This document shows, in pieces, positions 21,166 to 28,844 of a DNA stretch of 64,000 bases. Positions within the stretch are counted from its first letter, which is position 1; every line of letters begins with the position of its first letter. This DNA is from Blastocystis sp. Blastoise. Taxonomy: Eukaryota > Protista > Bigyra: Opalinata. Position numbers and translations under genes: made by a program. The notes beneath the pieces were generated by a model. The model saw nothing but the letters and a program-made list of their open reading frames with translations. It had not been told where the DNA came from and did no database searches. The stretch is from contig JBBPEB010000021.1 of assembly GCA_039096225.1 (NCBI GenBank), forward strand, positions 372,001 to 436,000. Reading direction: 5' to 3'.

Positions 21166-21789
21166 TTAAATTTCAATTGGTTCTTGACTATTAATATATG
21201 TACATGAATGAGGCCATCCATTTTTATCATATAAAATACCATCCCAGAAATACATTTGTTTTGAAGGATCTCTTTTAATCTTGTTAATACTCTTAGCATG
21301 AACAACTTCATAAGTATAAACTTTACCTTTTTCATCATAAAGAAATCCATCTTCCATATGGAATTTCATAATATCAAAATCATCATCTTTAGAATTCGAA
21401 TGTTCTTTAGAATCTTCAGAACATAAAATAGTAGTTCTATCACTTTCTAAAAGATCTTCAGTATTGATAATATCTTGAATATCTTGTTCTTCATTAAGTT
21501 GTTGAGTATAAATATCAGCAGCGAATTCTTCATAATCTTCAAGACCTTTAATAACCGCGTTTATACGTTTTAAAGCTGATCTATAGTTTTCGACTTCGAA
21601 AGAAGCAAGACGTTCTTTAGATTTTGCAATACCCAATAGATTCTTTTCTCTATTCAATTGAGACTGATGTAAATCAATATCACGAAGAACATTCTTATGA
21701 ACTTCAACAGCCTTCTTAGAATTCTTTAGAAGTTCCATACGAACAGTTTGAAGACATTTACGGGAATCAGCAGAAAGATTAAATTGCAT
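21166..21789 (-). CDS. PLV hypothetical coiled-coil protein
   Basis: First ATG at 21789 (MQFNLSADS...). Short HSE at 21901-21918 upstream. Confidence 0.65.
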   Translation of the reverse strand: MQFNLSADSRKCLQTVRMELLKNSKKAVEVHKNVLRDIDLHQSQLNREKNLLGIAKSKERLASFEVENYRSALKRINAVIKGLEDYEEFAADIYTQQLNEEQDIQDIINTEDLLESDRTTILCSEDSKEHSNSKDDDFDIMKFHMEDGFLYDEKGKVYTYEVVHAKSINKIKRDPSKQMYFWDGILYDKNGWPHSCTYINSQEPIEI

Positions 21790-22187
21790 TATAATCGCGA
21801 ATATCGTTACAGAGAGAAAATTTGTATTTATCAAAATGAAATAAATAATACATTTAAATGGAATATTAAATATTCTAGGAGACAGTCTAGAATCTCTATG
21901 GAATGTTCTAGAAGGTTCATTTGATTGGCTAATTTTGTCGACTTAGCATTTTTTATTTGTGTTTCAATGACGAGTATAGTTGGCATCTGTAATCTGATTG
22001 GATAAAAAAATTAGTAAAACACAATTAGACGATGACGACGATGTGTCATACGAAATAAGTTATTTTATTGGCTTATTTTCCAGCTGGAAGCAATAGGCTT
22101 TTGTTAGCAACTGAAATGAAGAACTGTACACTAAAAATAGTATATTTAATATATTGTATAAAAATACTTTTGAAGGTTTAAATAATC

Positions 22188-22715
22188 ATGGAAATTCCTG
22201 ATAGTCTTTCTGCCAGTTTATCCCCTTTCGGTCAAGCCATGATATCCCCCTTGTTGAATCAATTTGAAAATAGTGTTTCTGCAAATCCTATGGCTTTACC
22301 CAATGATAATGATTTCTGTTTTAATTCGCGTGACGAAATCATATTTGAAGATCCACCTCAAGAAATTCATCCAATCAATGATGTTTACGTATCTAAAAAT
22401 CCAGATAGATATCATTCGGTTAACAATCAACCAATACAATTTCAAGATCAAGTAAATACAAATCCTGATAAGCAAGCATTATTATTTACAAATGAGGAGT
22501 TAACAAATATATCCAGTCAATTCGAATCTTTATTTCAAACTATGGAAACGGCTGATAATATATTAAATAGTATTTATTGTACTGTTGATCATTTAAAAAC
22601 AAAGATTGAAAGTCAGAAACAAGATTTGAAACAGATTCATGATGATTCTAAAGAAATTGTTTCATTATTATCCGAATATTCTATTCCTTCTATGTCTGAA
22701 ATATTTGATCATTAA
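22188..22715 (+). CDS. PLV hypothetical acidic protein (175 aa) with C-terminal coiled coil
   Basis: ATG ORF followed by TGTTTTGTTT at ~22740. Confidence 0.65.
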   Translation: MEIPDSLSASLSPFGQAMISPLLNQFENSVSANPMALPNDNDFCFNSRDEIIFEDPPQEIHPINDVYVSKNPDRYHSVNNQPIQFQDQVNTNPDKQALLFTNEELTNISSQFESLFQTMETADNILNSIYCTVDHLKTKIESQKQDLKQIHDDSKEIVSLLSEYSIPSMSEIFDH

Positions 22716-22805
22716 TTATTTTTATTTAATTAATTATTTTGTTTTGTTTATTTTTTTTTAAATTAATTACACAAAGTTTAAATGGAGAATAGAATAGTTT
22801 CAAAT

Positions 22806-22913
22806 AGAATTCTTGAATGGTCTAATGGATCTATTAAAGAAATATGTAACTACAGTATCATGGTTCGATTCCGTTAAAATGTTTCCATTAGATTATTCAA
22901 GTGTTCTTTTTTT
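22806..22913 (+). ncRNA. Putative Pol III-transcribed hairpin RNA (VA-RNA-like)
   Basis: A-box TGGTCTAATGG 22818-22828, B-box GGTTCGATTCC 22862-22872, 18-bp stem 22812-22829/22884-22901, T7 terminator 22907-22913. Confidence 0.6.
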
Positions 22914-22959
22914 CTAGAACCTTCTCGAACCTTCTAGAACATTCTCGAACCTTCTCGAA
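22912..22959. promoter_or_regulatory. HSE-like array (10 units) upstream of the putative SSB
   Basis: TTCtaGAAccTTCtcGAAccTTCtaGAAcaTTCtcGAAccTTCtcGAA. Confidence 0.7.
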
Positions 22960-23035
22960 AATTGATTCATTTGAAAAGAATATCGTAAAATATTAGTATT
23001 AAAATACTTATATTTTTACTAAATACTTAACTAAA

Positions 23036-23629
23036 ATGTCTTCAACTGAATTTAAGAAACCTACTATTCTTGATACTTCTAACTTTAATTTACAATGGGA
23101 TGACACCAAAGAAAATGCTGTTCTTTTAAATAATAATCATCGTGTATGTATTTCTACTGATGCTACACCATGTTTATTTGGTTATATTGTTACACGTGAT
23201 AAATGGACTTTAATAACGATTGAAGATGATAATCAAGTATTCTTAACTGCTTATAAAGAACTTTATCGTAAATTATGTGAATTATGTCCTGATGGTGATA
23301 TTGTTAATTTTGTACGTATGGATAATGGTAAATATAAGATTACAATTAAAGTACCTATTAATGCATCGAAGAATGTTACTATTGATATTACTGATAAAAG
23401 AGATAAGAAGATTAATATCGGTAAAGATCCTAAGTTAACTTACGAAGAAATACGTGAAAAGTATATTCCACCAAATACGTTATGTAAAGTATTATTTACA
23501 ATACATGGTATTCATCGTTATAATAACAAGTATTATATTGGTTTATATGCACGTTCTATTAAAGTATTCGATAAATCTACGAAGAATACTAACAGCAATG
23601 ATACTATTATTGATTTAACTAAATTATAA
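23036..23629 (+). CDS. Putative OB-fold single-stranded DNA-binding protein (197 aa)
   Basis: C-terminal LCKVLFTIHGIHRYNNKYYIGLYARSIKV resembles the beta-strand pattern of viral SSBs; size fits. Confidence 0.5.
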   Translation: MSSTEFKKPTILDTSNFNLQWDDTKENAVLLNNNHRVCISTDATPCLFGYIVTRDKWTLITIEDDNQVFLTAYKELYRKLCELCPDGDIVNFVRMDNGKYKITIKVPINASKNVTIDITDKRDKKINIGKDPKLTYEEIREKYIPPNTLCKVLFTIHGIHRYNNKYYIGLYARSIKVFDKSTKNTNSNDTIIDLTKL

Positions 23630-23704
23630 ATTTTTAATGTTAAATTTATTTTTTATTAATATATTTGTTTTGTTTATAAATAATTTTATAATTGAAATAA
23701 AAAA

Positions 23705-25432
23705 ATGCAAAGTTGTATCTTAGGAATGCCAAGTCCTGGTACTTTTGGTATGAATTTAATTTCAACTGGAAAAGAATATAGGCGATATAATACACAACCA
23801 TTACATAAAATGGATCAATATAATCCAATATTTCATGAAATAGGTCCAAATTCATCTATGCCTGTGTCTACTTTAGAAAGTAAAGAAATACATGATGGTA
23901 AAGAAGATGATTATGTAGATCGTTCTAAAACATTTGGTAAAGATGCTGTTCCACAAGGAAATGGTGCTTTAATTCGTGCTAGAGCAGCAGGTAAAGGTGT
24001 AATGAAAGCAGCTGGTCCAGAAGAAGATAAAATAGATGGTGAAGATCGTCAATATAAAGTATTAAATCCATGTAAACCAAGACGTAAATCTGGTAGAGGA
24101 ATTATTCCAAATAAATCAGAAATCAATAAATTAGAGAATAATCAAGGTTCTGGTATTGGTGATGCAATTAAAAATAAAGTAAAAGATATGTATCAACGAA
24201 ATGTTCTAGATATAAGAGATGCTATTGTAGATAAGAAAGCTAATAGAAAAGCTCGTGATGCATTAGCTATTTTAGCTCAATATGTTGGTGATGGTCATCA
24301 TGATCTTGATGATGAATTCAAAAGATTCTATGAACATAAAATAAAACGTGGTGGAAAGATTCCTATATCAGTTGCTTCAGCAATTATGAATGCAATTAAA
24401 AATAAGAAAATGATTAAGAATCCAAAATTAAGAAGAATGTTAAGACCTTCAATTATACCAAAATATATAGATTTAGATTCAGCTCAAAGTGGTGATGGTA
24501 TATTAAGAGTTAAAAGAGGTGGTGGGTTCTGGGACTCATTTACAACTATAGCACCATCTCTTTTAGATGTAGTTGATAAAGGTATGAATTCTTTTGCTAA
24601 AGGTAGAAAAGCTTATTATGATACACATTTGGCACAACAATCAAGTGAATTAAATGATATGGAATTTGAAATGGAAAAATTAAAACGTCAACAAGCATTA
24701 AATGAAATGAAAAAACAAATAGGTAATGGTATAGTAATGGGAACAATTAATGATGGTTACGATACAGTTGAACGACAATCAGAATTATTAGATCAAGAAG
24801 TACAACCATTAAGAGATTTGCACAGTATGAAACAACAACTTAGAAAGAATCTTCCTGTTCGTCAACCACCTCCTCCAGCGGCACCCATTCGACCACAACC
24901 AGAAATTGAACCTGAATTGAATGTTGATACATTTGATATACCTCAAAATGATACACCAAGACATCCACAAACTCAACAACCTCCTCAACCTTATAAACCT
25001 ATGTCTCGTGATGAACAAAGTTATTATTATAAGATTTATGGTTTCCCTCAAAATGATAAAGAGAAAGTCGATAGAAAATGGAAAGAAGATGAAAGGGATA
25101 AACGAATAGCTGCAAGAAGAGCTAAACGTAGAGGTTATGGTGGTCGTGTTAAATTAAGTAAATCAGAATTCTTAGAACGAATGAGAAGAGGAAAAGAAGC
25201 TAAAAAGAAAAGAGGTGGTGATTTACCTCCAATAGTATCAGCTTATACAGATTTTGTAATACCTGCACAAGTAGCTCAAAGGAAACGTAAAGTAGCTAAA
25301 AATGATTTAAAACAATTACAAACAATAAAACAAAAAATGGATAATAATGAAATATTAGATAGAGGTGAGCAAATGTTTTGGAAAGAAAAGAAGTATATGT
25401 TATCAAAAAACTCAGGGGAGGGGATCTGGTAA
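23705..25432 (+). CDS. Basic core (DNA-condensing) polyprotein-like protein with many GxG/GG sites (575 aa)
   Basis: Arg/Lys-rich with about 12 motifs such as QGNGA, AGKGV, SGRGI, QGSGI, SGDGI, RGGGF, IGNGI, RGGDL, SGEGI. Confidence 0.7.
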   Translation: MQSCILGMPSPGTFGMNLISTGKEYRRYNTQPLHKMDQYNPIFHEIGPNSSMPVSTLESKEIHDGKEDDYVDRSKTFGKDAVPQGNGALIRARAAGKGVMKAAGPEEDKIDGEDRQYKVLNPCKPRRKSGRGIIPNKSEINKLENNQGSGIGDAIKNKVKDMYQRNVLDIRDAIVDKKANRKARDALAILAQYVGDGHHDLDDEFKRFYEHKIKRGGKIPISVASAIMNAIKNKKMIKNPKLRRMLRPSIIPKYIDLDSAQSGDGILRVKRGGGFWDSFTTIAPSLLDVVDKGMNSFAKGRKAYYDTHLAQQSSELNDMEFEMEKLKRQQALNEMKKQIGNGIVMGTINDGYDTVERQSELLDQEVQPLRDLHSMKQQLRKNLPVRQPPPPAAPIRPQPEIEPELNVDTFDIPQNDTPRHPQTQQPPQPYKPMSRDEQSYYYKIYGFPQNDKEKVDRKWKEDERDKRIAARRAKRRGYGGRVKLSKSEFLERMRRGKEAKKKRGGDLPPIVSAYTDFVIPAQVAQRKRKVAKNDLKQLQTIKQKMDNNEILDRGEQMFWKEKKYMLSKNSGEGIW

Positions 25433-25524
25433 AGAGTAAAGATGAGAAACTTATTCAAAATTCGATGAATTGCGATAATCCTATTATATCTGATAAAACT
25501 CGTCATGTTACTCCTAGATCCCCT
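25405..25524 (+). promoter_or_regulatory. Predicted -1 programmed ribosomal frameshift signal
   Basis: In-frame slippery heptamer A_AAA_AAC (25405-25411), 7-nt spacer, then stem AGGGGATCTGG (25419-25429) pairing with CTAGATCCCCT (25514-25524). Confidence 0.7.
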
Positions 25525-25998
25525 GATAATTTTAAACAAACTCTATCTCAATATTGTAATATACCCAATTCTTTAATATCTCAATTATATAATTATGCTT
25601 ATTTAAATAAACCTACCTCTTCTGTTGCTTGTGATCGTGCTGAAAATGTTATGAAACAATTAAATAAAACGAATTCTCAATCTTATAATTATTATAATAG
25701 TTATGATGATTTTGAACAAAATATAGATCAAGATCAAACTAAATTTAATATGATCTTTCATGAAAGTCCTAGTGATCCTTATAATGGTCATTTTGAAGCT
25801 GTTATTTATAATGGTAATAAAAATATAGAACACTATTCATCATTAGGAAATGAACCTACTTTTTCAAAATCATTTATTCAAAATCATAATATTCAATATA
25901 ATCCTATTCAACACCAAAAAACTACAAGTAATGCAAATGGTTGCTTTTATTATTCTTTACTTTATTTACTTTCTAATGGAAATCTTATGCCTTGTTAA
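25411..25998 (+). CDS. Adenain/Ulp1-like maturation cysteine protease (in the -1 frame of the core ORF; first own ATG at 25465)
   Basis: His in NGHFEAV, IEHYSSLG (usual YDSxG position), Gln and Cys in QHQKTTSNANGCFYY. Confidence 0.72.
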   Translation, partial: LRGGDLVKSKDEKLIQNSMNCDNPIISDKTRHVTPRSPDNFKQTLSQYCNIPNSLISQLYNYAYLNKPTSSVACDRAENVMKQLNKTNSQSYNYYNSYDDFEQNIDQDQTKFNMIFHESPSDPYNGHFEAVIYNGNKNIEHYSSLGNEPTFSKSFIQNHNIQYNPIQHQKTTSNANGCFYYSLLYLLSNGNLMPC

Positions 25999-26342
25999 AA
26001 CATTCTAGAATATTCTAGAATCTTTAATTTATTATATTAATATTTTGTATAATTAATTTGTTTTGTTTAATATTTAATACTATTATGACAAAGAAACGAT
26101 TTGGCAATTACTACTTAGATCGTAGTGCAGAAACTTTAGAGAATGTAAATGAAATACTGTCAGTTATTGAAATTGTTCTTATTATTATATATATTTTACT
26201 TTACTTTTATATGTCCAAGAAACGTTCTAGAACATTCTAGAACATTCATTTTGAACTGGCTCTATTTGTAGAATCTTTAATTTATTATATTAGTGTTTTA
26301 TATAATTAATTTGTTTTGTTTAATCATTGGTTAATTTAAATA

Positions 26343-26717
26343 ATGAACAAGAAATATCTTAGTTATTCTTATTTTTGTCGTGTGATGAAGAATCTAAAAG
26401 AAGAAGGAATTAAATCTAAAAAGAATGAAATAGCGAATCTATTAGAACAATTTTTAAATAATAATAACAACAAAAATCTTAGTGATTTGCAATTGAGTTA
26501 TTGTAGAAATATGTTACTTTATATAGATGATCCTGTGATTCATCAACGTCTTGAAATGTTATTGGATAAACAATATATGAAGAATGAGAATCAATATCAA
26601 GATGATAAGAATCTTATTCAACCCAATAATATGTTTATGCCAACTATGAAAAGTAATCAACAACAAAATCAATATCAAAATAATAATAATAATCTATCTT
26701 TCTTACCTTTTAATTAA
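26343..26717 (+). CDS. PLV hypothetical protein (124 aa)
   Basis: ATG ORF preceded by an HSE array at 26225-26247; N/Q-rich tail. Confidence 0.55.
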   Translation: MNKKYLSYSYFCRVMKNLKEEGIKSKKNEIANLLEQFLNNNNNKNLSDLQLSYCRNMLLYIDDPVIHQRLEMLLDKQYMKNENQYQDDKNLIQPNNMFMPTMKSNQQQNQYQNNNNNLSFLPFN

Positions 26718-26790
26718 TTTTTATATCCTTTTATTACTAGTTGTTTAGTTATATTCAAAATTAAAGCAAAACAAACATGAAAACATAAAA

Positions 26791-27726
26791 TTATTCAATT
26801 AATTTTTTAAATAAATTATTATTTTCTAAAGATACATAAGAATTAATATGTGTATAATCATTATGACATAAAGCAGAAGCAGAATTTTCTATATCTTGGA
26901 ATGTATTGGTTGTAGTTGTAGCATATAATTTTCTTAATGCATTAATGGTTAATTTTGGATGGATTTGTTTTAAATGCTTATTCACAAACCAATCAAATGC
27001 TTTAGTAGTAAATCCAGTTCTTACAGAAGATTCAAATATAAATTTACGATTTGGATTTCTTTTTAAGAGTAATTCTAGATCTTCAATCAATTCTTTTGGT
27101 GCATCTAATTGAATTGTAGAGTATTTACCAGCAGTTTTATAATCATTTAATAGAATAGAACCAGTATGTTTCTCTTTATCATAAACAATATAATTCTTAT
27201 GAATAGCTGGATCAATAGTATCTTCTGGTGATAGAATGAATAATTGAGCATAATCAGCACGAGCAGGAGGAAGATAGGAGTAAAAATCTAATATTAATCG
27301 TAATGGATTATAATTTTCTAATTTATCGTGATATTCATGTAAATATGGAGTCGTAATACCATCTTTAATAAGATCTTGAATTAAAGTACGTTTCTTATTA
27401 TCCAGATATTTTTCATACATTGAATTGATAATCACATAAAATTCACACCATTTATTCAAAATACCTTCTTTATTTAATGAAGAAACATTACGTATAATAA
27501 ATAATATCAATTCACATAACGATTTCATTGGACTAATTTTGATTTTACGTTCATTTACCATATAATCCATGAATGAATAAGGATTCTTTAAGAATTCTGA
27601 GAACTTTTTAAATGGTAATGGGAAAATATATAAATTGAAATAATTAGTTAAACGTTTTTTCCAAATATCAGAATAATTTGAATTCTGTATAACCAAAAGA
27701 TACTTGTCATAATTTGTATTTTTCAT
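26791..27726 (-). CDS. Tyrosine recombinase 2 (~311 aa)
   Basis: R in PPARADY, K in DYKTAGKY, TINALRKLYAT, H...Y in LCHNDYTHINSY. First ATG at 27726. Confidence 0.88.
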   Translation of the reverse strand: MKNTNYDKYLLVIQNSNYSDIWKKRLTNYFNLYIFPLPFKKFSEFLKNPYSFMDYMVNERKIKISPMKSLCELILFIIRNVSSLNKEGILNKWCEFYVIINSMYEKYLDNKKRTLIQDLIKDGITTPYLHEYHDKLENYNPLRLILDFYSYLPPARADYAQLFILSPEDTIDPAIHKNYIVYDKEKHTGSILLNDYKTAGKYSTIQLDAPKELIEDLELLLKRNPNRKFIFESSVRTGFTTKAFDWFVNKHLKQIHPKLTINALRKLYATTTTNTFQDIENSASALCHNDYTHINSYVSLENNNLFKKLIE

Positions 27727-27814
27727 TGATTTTCTCAAGTAGAATCTCTAAAACTTCTATTTTCAAAAGAATAATACATAAGAAAATCAAAATAAAATAT
27801 CTAAGATTCTCATG

Positions 27815-27862
27815 TTCTAGAATGTTCTAGAAGTTTCGAGAATGTTCTAGAATATTCTAGAA
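27815..27862. promoter_or_regulatory. HSE-like array (10 units) upstream of tyrosine recombinase 2
   Basis: TTCtaGAAtgTTCtaGAAgtTTCgaGAAtgTTCtaGAAtaTTCtaGAA. Confidence 0.7.
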
Positions 27863-28028
27863 AATTGATATACATCCCGCCACCTAAAACCACTGGAACA
27901 CAATTAGTTTCTCTAGTTTCCCCAATATAATTGTGTTTTTGTGTTCCAAAATCCCTCATTTTTACAATTTTAAGCAATTTGATTGGACAATTCACGATGA
28001 CGCATCCTATTTCCATAACGGTTACCCT

Positions 28029-28720
28029 TGTTTCCAAAAGTCTCTCGTTATAGTCGTGGTGGTGGGTACATCTTTTTACAAGACCACACCACCACCAGCT
28101 TTTCTTTCACCCACTATAAATACATACCTTGATCACTTTACTCTTTTTATATAAATTTTTTTATGATTATCATGACTTTTTATATTATTTATTGATCACT
28201 ATACATACATTTTTATTTTTATATATTCCCGTGATTATTTCTATTATTTCTTTTTAGATAGAACCATCCATTTCATCTTTTCTCTATATAAAGGGAGGGT
28301 CGGGGTGTGTGTTTATTTAGCACATTCTGTGCTTCTTTTCGTATTTCTTTCTGTATTCCCGTGATTATCTTACTCACTTTACCAACGATGGAGCCATTTC
28401 CCATGAATATTCCCTGTAAAGGGGAGGGTTGGACTGTGTATTTTATTTCTTTTATGATTACTATGAGTTTCTCCTTGATCACTTTACGTTTCACGTTGGA
28501 ATCGGAACACAAATAAATTAAAAATAAATAAACATGGGAAAAAATAAATACACACACACACTACCCTACACTCCCATGGTTATTTTACTTCAGAAATGTT
28601 ATTAATTCTTCCGTCGAGAACAAAAAGGGGGGATGTCTTCCCCGCTTATGGCTGCGCGCGTCGCGCAGACTCTATGCGGGGTTTGCATACCCCCTTCTGC
28701 AGTTCGAAGAACGGAAGAAT
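28029..28720 (-). repeat. Right terminal inverted repeat of the PLV
   Basis: Reverse complement of 3112-3801. Confidence 0.95.
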
Positions 28721-28844
28721 TAATACAACAAATTATGTTTAATATTTTTTAATATTATTTATAAACAAAACAAATAATTAAGTAAACAAACATCAATATA
28801 CACATTTCAACATTTTTTATGAATTAATTAAGAAAAAGAAATAA

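Larger units (their letters stand above)
3112..28720. mobile_element. Endogenous Polinton-like virus (PLV), ~25.6 kb, tyrosine-recombinase type
   Basis: Bounded by ~690-bp inverted repeats. Dense intronless ORFs encode an A32 ATPase, two MCP-like and two penton-like proteins, a cysteine protease, a D5 primase-helicase and two tyrosine recombinases. Confidence 0.9.

Noticed and set aside
22782-22877. 31-aa ATG ORF overlapping the Pol III unit
   Set aside because: Very short, and the sequence is better explained by the RNA structure and promoter boxes.
22806-22913. Viral tRNA gene
   Set aside because: A and B boxes are present, but no acceptor or anticodon arms form; the 5' part pairs with sequence downstream of the B box instead.
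26058-26240. Small hydrophobic ORF after an HSE array
   Set aside because: Could be a real ~50-aa membrane peptide (ATG at 26085), but it is too short and AT-rich to support, and its end runs into the next HSE array.
3112-28720. Canonical Polinton/Maverick call
   Set aside because: No protein-primed PolB, no retroviral-type integrase, no AG...CT termini and no 6-bp TSD.
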